A stretch of DNA of 41,944 nucleotides from an uncultured bacterium (lineage in GTDB: Bacteria > CAYJRR01): the NCBI GenBank assembly GCA_964372275.1, contig CAYJRR010000021.1, positions 1-41,944 of the forward strand. The letters are read 5' to 3'. This document shows positions 26,627 through 36,829 of this stretch, piece after piece (the first letter of the stretch is position 1; every line of letters starts with the position of its first letter). Under the pieces are notes generated by a model. It was not told the origin of the DNA. It made no database searches and was given only the letters and a program-made list of their open reading frames with translations. Position numbers and translations under genes: made by a program.

Positions 26627-28195
26627 ATGGACCTCGGGCGCCTCCTCGAGACGTCGGCGTGGGTGGTCGGCGGCATCGCCGCCTACGAGACGACGCGGTC
26701 GGTGATCGTCGGGCGGCTCCGGCAGCGGCTCGGCCGGCGCGCCGAGCGCTTCGCCTCCTCGCGCAACATCCAGCTCGACCGCTACAAGTTCGCCAGCCGC
26801 GCCTACGTGAAGAAGGAGGTCCTGAACGACGCCGAGCTTTCGTCGGCGATGGCGGAGGCGGCCGCCGCGGAGGGGCGCCCGGTGGAACGGGTGCGGGACG
26901 AGGTCGACGACTGGCTCGACGAGATCATCCCGGCCTTCAACACCCTCGCGTTCTACCGGTTCGGTTACGTCGTCGCCCACCTGCTCCTGAACTTCGTCTT
27001 CGAGGTGCTGATCGACCGCCGATCGCTGGAGCGGGCGCGGGCCCGGATCCCGGAGGGGGCGGCGGTCGTCTACGTCTTCAACCATCGTTCCAACGCCGAC
27101 TTCGTCCTCGCCTCGTATGCGCTCGCGTCGCAGATCGCGCTCTCCTACGCGGTCGGCGAATGGGCGCGCGTCTGGCCTCTGGACAGCCTGTTCCGGAGGT
27201 TCGGCGCCTACTTCGTCCGGCGCGGATTCCGGAACCCGCTCTACCACCGGGTGTTGGCGCGCTACGTCCAGCTGATCGTCAAGCGCGGCGTGACCCAGGG
27301 GATCTTCCCGGAAGGGGGCCTCACCCGCGATGGCGGGCTGCGCGAGCCGAAGCTCGGGATCCTCGAGTCGATCGCCAGCCTGAAAGGCGATCCGACGTTC
27401 CAGCGGGACGTCGTCTTCGTTCCGGTCGGGATCAACTACGACCGGGTGCTGGAGGACCGGTCGCTTGTCGCCGAGGCGAAGGGCGGGGCGGCGCTGGGGA
27501 AGGATTCGATCGGAAGTCGGCTCGCGACCGGCTGGATCGTGCTGCGCCGCCTTCCCGGCACGTTGATCGTCAACTCGTTGCGCGCGGCGGCGGGTCGCAC
27601 CGGCCGCTACGGGTACGCCGCCGTCTCCTTCGGCGCCCCGGTGTCGCTGGGAAGCTTCCTCGCGGCCCTGGGGGAGGACGTCTTCGCGCTCCCCGCCGAG
27701 GCGCGCCGCGAACGGATCCGGCGCTTCGCGGGGCTCTTGATGTCGGAGATCGGGCGGTTGGTGCCGGCGACCCCGGCGACGATCGTGGCGACCGTGATCG
27801 CGCGCTCCGGCCGTCCCGAGCTCACGTCCGGCGAGCTGCGCGTCTCGGTCGAGGAGGAGATCAAGGCCCACCGCGCCGCCGGCCGGCGGCTCGCCCAGGG
27901 CCGCGAGTTCGCCGCGGTGCACGCCGGATGGACCCGGCTGTCGGACGAGACCGACCGCCGGTCGGAGCTCTACGAGGAGGAGCGGGCGATGGTCGCCGCC
28001 GAAGAGGCCGAGCTCACGCTCCGGCTCGGGCTGGAGTTCCTCGCGCGTCGCGGCGCCGCCCGTCTCTCCGCGCATTCGCGCACCCCCGGGGGCATCCCCG
28101 GACCCCTGGCGCCGGGGGGGGAGGGTTCCGTCGTCTCGCGCGGCGACGCCGAACTCCTTCGTTTCTACGCGCGCAGCCTCGACCGATCGCTGTAG
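26627..28195 (+). CDS. Glycerol-3-phosphate acyltransferase-like protein (PlsB/PlsC superfamily)
   Basis: NHRSNAD, GAYFVRR, FPEGGLTRDG, PKLG and FVPVGINYD acyltransferase blocks. Confidence 0.85.
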   Translation: MDLGRLLETSAWVVGGIAAYETTRSVIVGRLRQRLGRRAERFASSRNIQLDRYKFASRAYVKKEVLNDAELSSAMAEAAAAEGRPVERVRDEVDDWLDEIIPAFNTLAFYRFGYVVAHLLLNFVFEVLIDRRSLERARARIPEGAAVVYVFNHRSNADFVLASYALASQIALSYAVGEWARVWPLDSLFRRFGAYFVRRGFRNPLYHRVLARYVQLIVKRGVTQGIFPEGGLTRDGGLREPKLGILESIASLKGDPTFQRDVVFVPVGINYDRVLEDRSLVAEAKGGAALGKDSIGSRLATGWIVLRRLPGTLIVNSLRAAAGRTGRYGYAAVSFGAPVSLGSFLAALGEDVFALPAEARRERIRRFAGLLMSEIGRLVPATPATIVATVIARSGRPELTSGELRVSVEEEIKAHRAAGRRLAQGREFAAVHAGWTRLSDETDRRSELYEEERAMVAAEEAELTLRLGLEFLARRGAARLSAHSRTPGGIPGPLAPGGEGSVVSRGDAELLRFYARSLDRSL

Positions 28196-28269
28196 ACGCG
28201 TCACGTCCGATCCGCGCACTGGTCCCCCGGTTCGCCGTGCTCAACGTCCGGAGCAGGCGAGGGGGAACC

Positions 28270-28626
28270 ATGGTGGACAAGGGCAAAGGCGGCATGACGG
28301 TCGAAGAGGCCGGTCGGCTCGGCGGCAAGAAGGTCGTCCAGCAGTATGGCCCCGGACACATGGCTCGCATCGGCCGAAAAGGAGGAGAAGCGAGCCCGAC
28401 GAAGTTTCGTCCGGGCGAGGCGCGGACCGCGGAGATTGCGAGCAAGGGGGGACACGCCAGCGGCGGAAACTTCGCCAACGATCCGAAGCGGGCTGCGGAG
28501 GCGGGACGAAAGGGTGGCGAAGCGCGCAGCCGCGTGCGCCGCATCACCGCGCAGCGTGAACGCGAGGAGGCCGAGGCGGGAGAGGAGCTTCCGCAGAAGG
28601 AGCCCGAGCATCCGGTGACCCACTGA
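28270..28626 (+). CDS. KGG-repeat general stress protein (YciG/GsiB-like)
   Basis: MTVEEAGRLGG, IGRKGG, IASKGG and NFANDPKRAAEAGRKGG repeats; SD GAGGGGG. Confidence 0.85.
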   Translation: MVDKGKGGMTVEEAGRLGGKKVVQQYGPGHMARIGRKGGEASPTKFRPGEARTAEIASKGGHASGGNFANDPKRAAEAGRKGGEARSRVRRITAQREREEAEAGEELPQKEPEHPVTH

Positions 28627-28775
28627 CGTTCGTGCCGTGTCCTCGCGGTGCTCCGTTTCCCGCGCACGGGTTGCGGACGGCGTGACCGCTCTGTGGGCTC
28701 CTTTGGTCTTGCACCGACGGTACGATCTCACTAGCTTTCCCCGGTCGGCGTTCCTTTGGGATCGTGGGAGAGACC

Positions 28776-29180
28776 ATGTCGGAGACGAAGCGGTATCGGG
28801 TGCTCGTGGTGGAGGACGATCGCGATCTGGCGGAGGCGGTCGTCGCCTCGCTGGAGGTCCACGGCCATGTTGCGCGCGCCGAGGTGGTGACGGCCCGCAC
28901 CCGGCTGGAGGAGGTGGTCGCCGTCGCGCGGAGCTGGCGGCCCGACGTGATCCTGCTCGACCACTGGATGCCGATCGACGGTACGGCGCTCCTCGCCGGC
29001 TTCCTCGCCGACCCGGCGGTACGCGCCGTCCCCGTGATCCTCTTCACCGGCGCCGACAACGTGCCGGTCGAGGTGCGGCGATGTGTCTTCGCCACCGTTC
29101 GCAAGCCGTTCCAGGTCGAGGGGCTGGTCAGCCTGGTCGAGAACGCCGTGGGCCTACGCGAACGATCGGCCGAGTTGTAG
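28776..29180 (+). CDS. Single-domain response regulator (CheY-like)
   Basis: VLVVEDD, PDVILLDHWMP (phospho-Asp), ILFTG and KPF motifs. Confidence 0.9.
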   Translation: MSETKRYRVLVVEDDRDLAEAVVASLEVHGHVARAEVVTARTRLEEVVAVARSWRPDVILLDHWMPIDGTALLAGFLADPAVRAVPVILFTGADNVPVEVRRCVFATVRKPFQVEGLVSLVENAVGLRERSAEL

Positions 29181-29192
29181 TCTTTCCGGCTC

Positions 29193-29564
29193 CTACTTCC
29201 GGCGGCCGTTTCCGGCGCGGGCGAGGTCCTTGGGGCGGAGACCGTACGACTGGAGCACGCTCCGGACGAGCGTTTCGGGGCGGCCGTCGAACATCCGGTC
29301 GACCAGATCGCGGACGAACATCTTCGTCGCGCGCGAGCGATCGACCTTCGCCGAATAGAGATAGCCGCGTCCCTTCGGCGCCTCGGCGTGTTTGGCGTAC
29401 CCCTTCTGCTCCAGGATGCGGAGGATCGTCAGCACCGTGTTGTAGTGGCGTTTCCCGGGAAGCCGGTCGGTGACCAGCGCGACGCTGGCGGAGCCGTTCT
29501 CCCAGAGGACCTTCATGATCTCGGTCTCGACGGGGGTGAGCAGGAGCGATCGGGTGCGTGCCAT
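29193..29564 (-). CDS. BlaI/MecI/CopY family transcriptional repressor
   Basis: LTPVETEIMKVLW, YNTVLTILRILEQKG, GRGYLY and LVDRMFDG motifs. Confidence 0.92.
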   Translation of the reverse strand: MARTRSLLLTPVETEIMKVLWENGSASVALVTDRLPGKRHYNTVLTILRILEQKGYAKHAEAPKGRGYLYSAKVDRSRATKMFVRDLVDRMFDGRPETLVRSVLQSYGLRPKDLARAGNGRRK

Positions 29565-29650
29565 GGGGTCGGGAGCATGCCACCGATCGAGGGAAGATCA
29601 ACTGGGGTCAATCCCCTAGAGTACTCATTCCTTCGTTCGGGGCGTCCGGG

Positions 29651-29732
29651 TGTCGGGGGTGGGACTCGAACCCACAAGCCTTTCGGCCCAAGATTTTAAG
29701 TCTCGTGCGTTTACCGATTTCGCCACCCCGAC
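29651..29732 (-). tRNA. tRNA-Leu (anticodon UAA), CCA not encoded
   Basis: GTCGGGG/CCCCGAC acceptor stem, D-loop GGTA, anticodon arm CGAGA-CTTAAAA-TCTTG, long variable arm GGCC-GAAA-GGCT, T-arm GTGGG-TTCGAGT-CCCAC, discriminator A. Confidence 0.96.
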
Positions 29733-29823
29733 GGCAGCGGGGACGATCTTATCACCGGCCACGAGCCCGGATCCGTGGCGCTTTACCGGGACGCCCGCCG
29801 GCGCGTATCGTTCCCGGATCGCC

Positions 29824-32232
29824 ATGACCCTCGCCGTGCGCCTTGCGCCCACCGCCGTTCGCGTCGCCTCGGCGCTCGCGCTCGCCGCGTTCGCCTCCGG
29901 CTGTGCCGGGGACCGGGGGGATCCGGCGGTCGAGCGGCTGCCTCGGGTCTGGCTCGACCTCGACACCCCGCGCACCATCGACCTCGGACGCCACGTGTCG
30001 GGCGGGACGCTCTCGGTGCGCGCCGTGGAATCGGTGGCGGCGTCGGTCGACGGCGAACGGGTGACGCTCACCCCGGCCCCGGGGTTCCTCGGGGAGGCGA
30101 CGCTCGTGGTGACGGTCGCCCGGGGCGGCTCGCGGGCGAGCGGGCTGTTGCCGGTCCGGGTCAAGGAGGGGATCCGGAGCTGCGAGACGGTGTTCCGCTA
30201 CCGCGGCGACGCGTCGTCCGTTCACCTCGCCGGCACGTTCAACGATTTCGATCCGACCGCGCTTCCTCTGGATCCCGTGGGCGACGGCCGGTTCGTGCGC
30301 TCGCTGGCGCTGCCGGCGGGGGAGGCCGCCTACAAGTTCGTCGTCGACGGCGAATGGATCCTCGATCCGGACAATCCGCTCACCGCCTTCGTCGACGGGA
30401 TCGAGAACAGTCGCGTCGTCGTCCCCGACTGCGCGAGTCCACGGCTCGACCTCGTGGAACCGGAGGTCGACGGCGCGATCGGATCGTTCCGCGCCGACGT
30501 CGTCTTCGTCGCCGGTCGCGTCGGCGGGACTGACGGAGGCCCAGCCAGGGCCGACCAGGCCCCCGCTGGACCGCCGGTGGTCACGCTCGACGGCCAGCCG
30601 TGGTCCGCCGGATGGGACGAGTCGGCGCGGGTCCTGTCGATCGACGAGCGCGACCTCGCGCCGGGCCGGCACGAGCTTCTGGTCGAGGCGACCGACCGGT
30701 CCGGCCGCGCCGCGCCGCCGGTCCGGCTGTCGTTCTGGGCCGAAGCGAAGCCGTTCGACTGGAGGGACGCCGTCGTCTACTCGGTGCTGGTCGACCGCTT
30801 CCGCAACGGCGATCCGTCCAACGACGCGCCGGTCGACGGGGTGTCGGATCCCGCGAACTACCGGGGCGGCGATTGGGCGGGGCTCCGGGCGGCCATCGAG
30901 GAGGGCTACTTCGACGAGCTCGGGGTCGACGTCTTGTGGCTGTCGCCACACGTCGACAACGCCGAGGGATCGTTCCTGGGCTCCGACGGGCGCGCCTACG
31001 CCGGTTACCATGGCTACTGGCCGGCGAGCCCGAAGGCGGTCGAATCGCGGTTCGGGTCGGCGGCCGAGCTGCGCGCGGCGATCGACGCCGCGCACGCCCG
31101 CGGGATGCGGGTCCTGCTCGACCTGGTGGTGAACCACGTGCACGAGCAGCACCCGTGGTTCGACCAGCACCCCGACTGGTTCCACGTGCCGTACGTCTGC
31201 GGATGGGAGCAGCCGATCGAGTGTTGGTTCACGCCGTTCCTCCCCGACCTCGACCTGCGCCGATCGCCGGCGCTCGATGCGCAGGTGGAGGAGGCGCTGT
31301 GGTGGCAGGCCGCGACCGGCGCCGACGGCTTCCGCGTCGACGCGGTGAAACACATGGAGCGCGTCCTCGGCCGGACGTTGCGCGCCGCGGTCGAGCCGCG
31401 CTTCGCCCCCGCCGGCGGGCGCTTCCTGCTCCTCGGGGAGACGTTCGTCGGTCGGTTCGTCGACGGCGGCGCCGACCTCTTGGCCGACCGGATCTCCCCG
31501 CGCGACTACGACGGACAGTTCGACTTTCCGCTCTACTGGGAGATCCTCCGGACGATCGGTCGCCGGGAAGGGACGCTCGCCGACCTCGACCTGGCGATCG
31601 GCGGCTCGAGGGCGGCCTACGGGCCGACGGCGGCGATGGGGACGTTCGTCGGCAACCACGACGTCCCCCGCTTCGTCTCGCATGCGAGCGGCGAGATCGA
31701 CGATCTGTACGGCGTGGGCTCGCGCGAACAGGGCTGGACCGATCCGCCGGCGCAGCCCTCGCAACCGGCCCCGTATGCGAGGCTCCGGCAGGCGTTCACG
31801 CTGCTGTTCGCGCTACCGGGGATCCCGACGATCTACTACGGCGACGAAGTGGGGCTGGCCGGCGCCGGGGACCCGGACAACCGGCGGCCGATGCCCTGGA
31901 CCGGACTCACCGCCGAACAACTCGCCACCCGCGCCCACGTCGCCCAGCTCTCCGCGGCGCGGCGCGCGTACCCGGAGCTGACCCGCGGCTCGGTCGACCG
32001 GATGTGGCTCGAGGACGACCTGCTCGTCCTGCGCCGCCGGTACGGCCGCCGCAGCGCCTTCGTCGCCGTGAACCGCGGAACGACCCCCCGCACCGTGACG
32101 GTGGACGGGACGCTGGCGTCGGGGCTTACGTTCGACGAGCTCTTCACCGATGCGACGACCGCCGCGCAAGGCGGCACCCTCGCCGTGACCGTCGCCGCCG
32201 AGGGGGCGGCCGTCTACCTGCAACGGGACTGA
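29824..32232 (+). CDS. GH13 alpha-amylase family lipoprotein with CBM48-like domain
   Basis: Lipobox ASG|C; VHLAGTFNDF...YKFVVDGEW.LDP.N carbohydrate-binding module; DRF.NGD, YHGYW, DLVVNH, DGFRVDAVKH, GE, NHD and IYYGDE GH13 regions. Confidence 0.92.
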   Translation: MTLAVRLAPTAVRVASALALAAFASGCAGDRGDPAVERLPRVWLDLDTPRTIDLGRHVSGGTLSVRAVESVAASVDGERVTLTPAPGFLGEATLVVTVARGGSRASGLLPVRVKEGIRSCETVFRYRGDASSVHLAGTFNDFDPTALPLDPVGDGRFVRSLALPAGEAAYKFVVDGEWILDPDNPLTAFVDGIENSRVVVPDCASPRLDLVEPEVDGAIGSFRADVVFVAGRVGGTDGGPARADQAPAGPPVVTLDGQPWSAGWDESARVLSIDERDLAPGRHELLVEATDRSGRAAPPVRLSFWAEAKPFDWRDAVVYSVLVDRFRNGDPSNDAPVDGVSDPANYRGGDWAGLRAAIEEGYFDELGVDVLWLSPHVDNAEGSFLGSDGRAYAGYHGYWPASPKAVESRFGSAAELRAAIDAAHARGMRVLLDLVVNHVHEQHPWFDQHPDWFHVPYVCGWEQPIECWFTPFLPDLDLRRSPALDAQVEEALWWQAATGADGFRVDAVKHMERVLGRTLRAAVEPRFAPAGGRFLLLGETFVGRFVDGGADLLADRISPRDYDGQFDFPLYWEILRTIGRREGTLADLDLAIGGSRAAYGPTAAMGTFVGNHDVPRFVSHASGEIDDLYGVGSREQGWTDPPAQPSQPAPYARLRQAFTLLFALPGIPTIYYGDEVGLAGAGDPDNRRPMPWTGLTAEQLATRAHVAQLSAARRAYPELTRGSVDRMWLEDDLLVLRRRYGRRSAFVAVNRGTTPRTVTVDGTLASGLTFDELFTDATTAAQGGTLAVTVAAEGAAVYLQRD

Positions 32233-32291
32233 CGACCGGGTTCGGTTTCGCTTCGGCTACGGCCCCGGGTTGTGCTACATGGGCCGGCTTC

Positions 32292-33902
32292 ATGATCTCC
32301 GTCAACGACGTCTCGAAAGCCTACGCCGGCAAGAAGCTGTTCGAGGAGGTGAACACCTCCTTTCCGCCGGGGCGGCGCTACGGGCTGACCGGCCCGAACG
32401 GGGCCGGCAAGTCGACGTTCATGAAGATCCTGATCGGCGAGGTCGACCCCGACACCGGCGTCGTCAGCCGGCCGGAGCGGACCGGGTACCTTCGGCAGGA
32501 CCACACCACGTTCGACGCGTGGCGCGTCGTCGACGTCGTCATCTCGGGGAACAAGCGGCTGTGGGAGGCGATGCAGGAGAAGGAGCGGATCTACGCCAAG
32601 CCGAAGATGACCGACGAGGACGGGATGCGGCTCGGAGAGCTGGAGGGGATCGTCGCCGAGGAGGACGGCTACTCCGCAGAGGCCGCCGCCGGCGAGCTCC
32701 TGAGCGGGCTCGGCATCTCCGAGAATCACCACGACGGCCTGCTATCGCAGATCCCGACCGGCTACCGGCTACGGGTGCTGCTGGCGCAGGCGCTCTTCGG
32801 CAACCCGCAGGCGCTCCTGCTCGACGAGCCGACCAACAACCTCGATCTCGACTCGATCCGCTGGTTGGAAGGGTTCCTGCACGAATACACCGGCACGCTG
32901 GTGACGATCTCCCACGACCGCCACTTCCTGAACGCCATCTGCACCCACATCGCCGACATCGACTACGAGACGATCATCACCTACGTCGGCGACTACGACG
33001 ACATGGTGATCGCCAAGAGCGAGACGCGGTCGCGGATCGAGGCGGAGAACGCGGACAAGAAGAAGAAGATCGCCCAGCTGCAGGAGTTCGTCGCCCGCTT
33101 CTCCGCCGGCACGCGGTCGAGCCAGGTCCAATCGCGCAAGAAGGCGATGGAGAAGCTGCAGCTCGCCGACCTTCGCCGCTCGAACATCGCCCGACCGTTC
33201 ATCAAGTTCGAGCAGAAGCGGCCCAGCGGGAAACAGACGCTGACGGTGGAGGGGTTGACCTTCGGCTACGACAAGCGCGAGCCGATCGTCCGCGATCTGT
33301 CGATGCTGATCACCCGCGGCGAGAAGGTGGCGATCATCGGCTCCAACGGCATCGGCAAGACGACGCTGGCCAACCTGTTGGTCGGGACGCAGAAGCCGGA
33401 CGCCGGGAAGATCGTCTGGGGCCACGAGGCGTCGGTCGGCTACTTCCCGCAGGACCACGACCACCTGATCCCCAAGGACAACACCTGCGTCGGCTACCTG
33501 AACGACATCGACCCCAAGGCCGGCAACGAGGTCACGCGCGGGCTCCTCGGCCGGATGCTCTTCTCGGGCGAGGAGGGCTCGAAGCCGACCAAGGCCCTCT
33601 CCGGCGGCGAGAAGGTGCGGCTGCTGATGGCGAGGTTCATGCTCGAGCAGAACAACGTCCTCGTCCTGGACGAGCCGACGAACCACCTCGACCTGGAGTC
33701 GATCAGCGCGTTGACCGACGGGCTCAAGAGCTATCCGGGCACGGCGTTGTTCATCACCCACGACCGGAACATGATCACCGAGGTGGCGACGCGGATCGTG
33801 GCGATGACCCCCGCCGGGATCGTCGACTTCGGCGGAACCTACGAAGAGTACCTCCTCAAGCACGCCCCGCCCGCTCCCGCCGCCGCCAAGCGCCGCGGCT
33901 AG
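32292..33902 (+). CDS. ABC-F family ATP-binding protein (YbiT-like)
   Basis: Two ABC cassettes (GPNGAGKST and GSNGIGKTT, LLDEPTN twice, SHDR/THDR), no TM; RVLLAQALF and HIADIDY resemble YbiT. Confidence 0.93.
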   Translation: MISVNDVSKAYAGKKLFEEVNTSFPPGRRYGLTGPNGAGKSTFMKILIGEVDPDTGVVSRPERTGYLRQDHTTFDAWRVVDVVISGNKRLWEAMQEKERIYAKPKMTDEDGMRLGELEGIVAEEDGYSAEAAAGELLSGLGISENHHDGLLSQIPTGYRLRVLLAQALFGNPQALLLDEPTNNLDLDSIRWLEGFLHEYTGTLVTISHDRHFLNAICTHIADIDYETIITYVGDYDDMVIAKSETRSRIEAENADKKKKIAQLQEFVARFSAGTRSSQVQSRKKAMEKLQLADLRRSNIARPFIKFEQKRPSGKQTLTVEGLTFGYDKREPIVRDLSMLITRGEKVAIIGSNGIGKTTLANLLVGTQKPDAGKIVWGHEASVGYFPQDHDHLIPKDNTCVGYLNDIDPKAGNEVTRGLLGRMLFSGEEGSKPTKALSGGEKVRLLMARFMLEQNNVLVLDEPTNHLDLESISALTDGLKSYPGTALFITHDRNMITEVATRIVAMTPAGIVDFGGTYEEYLLKHAPPAPAAAKRRG

Positions 33903-36748
33903 AAGACGAACTTCACTGCGGGGACGGCGACGGCGGGGTGGAGGTCTCCGGCGATGGCGCGCGCGACCTGCTCCACGACGGGGCGTGGCAGCTGAGAGAC
34001 GGCGTCGAGCACCGGCTCGGCCTTGGGGCGGAAGTCGGGGTGGTTCAGGAGCAGGGCGAGGAGCGCGGCGAAGACCGGCGGCTGCGCGGTGCGCGGTCCG
34101 ACGTCACCGGTCGCCGTCGACTCGGCACGGGTCCGGTAAAGCTCCACCGCGCCGCGAACGTCGTCGCAGGCGGCGAGGGCGTAGAACGCCGACGGGGTGA
34201 CGACGCCGTCGGCCCCGCGGCCCGTTCCCCAGGCGACGACCTCGCGGCAGGCATCCCCCCCCTTGAGCGCCAGCGCCAGCACGCCGACCTCGCGTGCCGC
34301 GGCGGCCTTCTCGGCGAGCAGCGAGCGCGCCGCGACGCGGCCGGCCTCCCCCGCCGCCGCGAGCGCGCCGGGGAGGGCGGCGTCGCGCTGCGGGCCCGCG
34401 GCCGATCCGTCGGCGCGGGACGCCTCGACGAGCACCGGGATCGCATCGACATCGCCGGAGCGCGCCAGCGCCTCCGCCGCCGGGACAGCGTCCGGACCGC
34501 GGTCCCGCGCGATCTCGCGGAACCGTGGGAGGGCGTCGGCCGGAACGCCGCCGACTGTCGCGAGATAGGCGAGTGCCGTGTCGGCGTCGGCCGCCCTGGC
34601 GAGGACCCGCTCCGACGCCGTCGCCGCGGCCGCCGCATTCCCGAGACGCAACAGCGCCGCGAGCGCTTCGATGCGGTCGGCGTCGGACGTGGCGAGCCCG
34701 GCCAGCGCCGGCGCGGCGGTGTCGACGCCGCGAGCCGCGATCAACCGCGCGATCGCCTTCCGGAGATCGGGTCCGGCCGTGGGCAGTTCGCCTCCCAGGC
34801 CGGCGATCTGTTCGTCGGAGAGCCGCCGCGCCGCCAGCTCGAGCGCCACCACCCGGTCCCGCTCGTCGCCTTTGGCCGTCGCGATTCGGATCAGAGTGGC
34901 GCGCGAGCCGGCGGAGACCGACAGCGCGCGGAGCAGTCCGTCGCGCAGCGCACGGTTCTTCTCCTTCGCGAGCAGGCGTTCCAACGCCGGACCCGCGGTG
35001 GGGCCCAACTCCGGCGACCACGCCTCGAGCGCCACTCGCTTCTGGTCGTCGGGGAGCCCGGACCACGCTCGCTCGATCGCCGCAGGCGCCGACGGATCGC
35101 GATGGACCACCAGGGCCAGCGCCCCTACCCGACGGATCTTCGCGTCGGCCGACTGGGCGAGCGACCGGAGCGGCCCACGCGCGTCCGCGGGCAGCGGCGG
35201 GAGGCCGCGCACGTCGGGGAGGTCGAGCAGGATCGCGCGCGCCGCCAGGACGCGCGTCCTCTCCTTCGCCGTCGTCTCCTTCACCACCGCCGCCAGCGTG
35301 CTCACCGTCTCGGGAAGCCGCTGAGCCAAGAGGCCGGCGGCGAGTTCGGCCACCGCCGGATCGGCGTCGGACAGCCGCTTGCGCAGGAGGGGCAGGGCGG
35401 CGGGGGTCCATCGGTTGCGCGTCAGCACCACCAGCGCCGACGCCCGAACCGGCGGGGCGGGGTCGTTCGTCGCCGCCGCCAGCTCCGCGTCGAAGCCGGT
35501 GACCGCCGGGCTCCGCAGCACCGCCACCGCCGCGTTTCGAACCTCCTGGGAGGGGTCTTTCAGCGCCGCCGCGAGCCGGTCGCGGGTCGCCGGCCAGCCC
35601 GTCGCGAGGAAGGTCGCGAAGACCGGCCCGTCGAGCGTCCGCGCGGCGACGGCGTCGCGCAACAACGGCGCGGAGGCGGCGGTGTCGGCGGTGAGGCGCT
35701 CCCAGAGTTGGTCGGTGTTTCGCCGGGCGCGCGTCGCCGCCAACGCGCCGACCACCTCCGCGAGGGGGGCGCCCTGCGGAGCCGCCGCGATCCGCTCGAG
35801 GCGGCGCTTGTCGTCCCAACTCATCCCCGGCGGCGGCGGCGCGGCGTTGAACCGCGCGCGCACCGCACCTGCTCGGTCGATCCGCCACGCCTCGCCGTCG
35901 AGGTCGGCGAGCCAGGCGCCGTCGACGGTGAGCGCGAACCCTGCGACGGGCGGGATCGGCGAGCCGTCCCCCAGTCGCTCCAGGCGCGACAAGCGCTTGA
36001 GGGTGGCGTCGTATCGCTGGAGGGCGACCGTCTGCCGATCGGGATCTTCCGGCGGTGGCAGCTCGAGCACCCACAGCTCGGTTCCGTCGGGCGAGAATCG
36101 CACGGCGGCCGGAACGTTGTCGGGACGTGCGTCGGAGACCGCGGCCGTCTCCGAGATCCGGCGCCCGTTCGCGTCGTAGAGCCAGAGCCGATCGGTTTGC
36201 GCCCCGAGGACGGCGAAGCGACCGTCGGTGGCGACGTCGAAGTCGGCGGCCGGACCGGCTCCGCGATCGGCGAGCGGCACGACGCGAGGCGCCCCCACGG
36301 GCGGGATCCGCAGCACCTTCGTGCCGTCGAGGGTGATCGTCGCCAGCTCGCCGTCGGGCGCGGCGCGGACCAGCGGGCTCACCGCGCGCGGATCGAACCC
36401 AGGGAGGTCGGCGAGGCGGATCGTCGACACCGGATTCGACTCGCCGAGGACGAAAAGCCGCCCGCTTTCCGGCTCGATGCAGACCGGCCGACCGGCGACG
36501 TCGACGTCGGCGACCTGCACGAACCGGCCGCCCGGGATCGGGAACGAACGGCCGGGGGCCCCCGTGAGGTCGAGCTCGTGGATCACCGCCGGTTCGCCGG
36601 GGGCCGGCGAGACGAAGAGGGCGCCGTCCGGCCCGGCGGCGATCCCCGAGAGCGCCGGCTTCGGCGGAGACGCAATCTCGGTACCCGCTGTCGTGCCCGG
36701 GCTACCCGCGAGGACGATCGGAGCGAGGAGGAGGACGAAACGTGGCAT
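33899..36748 (-). CDS. Exported protein with N-terminal beta-propeller-like region and HEAT-repeat C-terminal region
   Basis: Signal-like N-terminus; GIAAGPDG, FDVATDG and VRFSPDG blades; LKDPSQEVRNAA, NDPAPPVRASA and LSDADPAVAELAA HEAT-like repeats. Confidence 0.7.
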   Translation of the reverse strand: MPRFVLLLAPIVLAGSPGTTAGTEIASPPKPALSGIAAGPDGALFVSPAPGEPAVIHELDLTGAPGRSFPIPGGRFVQVADVDVAGRPVCIEPESGRLFVLGESNPVSTIRLADLPGFDPRAVSPLVRAAPDGELATITLDGTKVLRIPPVGAPRVVPLADRGAGPAADFDVATDGRFAVLGAQTDRLWLYDANGRRISETAAVSDARPDNVPAAVRFSPDGTELWVLELPPPEDPDRQTVALQRYDATLKRLSRLERLGDGSPIPPVAGFALTVDGAWLADLDGEAWRIDRAGAVRARFNAAPPPPGMSWDDKRRLERIAAAPQGAPLAEVVGALAATRARRNTDQLWERLTADTAASAPLLRDAVAARTLDGPVFATFLATGWPATRDRLAAALKDPSQEVRNAAVAVLRSPAVTGFDAELAAATNDPAPPVRASALVVLTRNRWTPAALPLLRKRLSDADPAVAELAAGLLAQRLPETVSTLAAVVKETTAKERTRVLAARAILLDLPDVRGLPPLPADARGPLRSLAQSADAKIRRVGALALVVHRDPSAPAAIERAWSGLPDDQKRVALEAWSPELGPTAGPALERLLAKEKNRALRDGLLRALSVSAGSRATLIRIATAKGDERDRVVALELAARRLSDEQIAGLGGELPTAGPDLRKAIARLIAARGVDTAAPALAGLATSDADRIEALAALLRLGNAAAAATASERVLARAADADTALAYLATVGGVPADALPRFREIARDRGPDAVPAAEALARSGDVDAIPVLVEASRADGSAAGPQRDAALPGALAAAGEAGRVAARSLLAEKAAAAREVGVLALALKGGDACREVVAWGTGRGADGVVTPSAFYALAACDDVRGAVELYRTRAESTATGDVGPRTAQPPVFAALLALLLNHPDFRPKAEPVLDAVSQLPRPVVEQVARAIAGDLHPAVAVPAVKFVF

Positions 36749-36829
36749 CGCTTTTCCCGCGCGCCCCTATACCATCCGGAGGGACGCGAGGAGAAGGAGC
36801 GACGAACGACCGCGTCGAAAGGGCCCACG

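Noticed and set aside
29600-29760. tRNA-Leu as the attachment site of an integrated element
   Set aside because: No integrase or transposase nearby, and no duplicated tRNA 3' end was noticed in the window.
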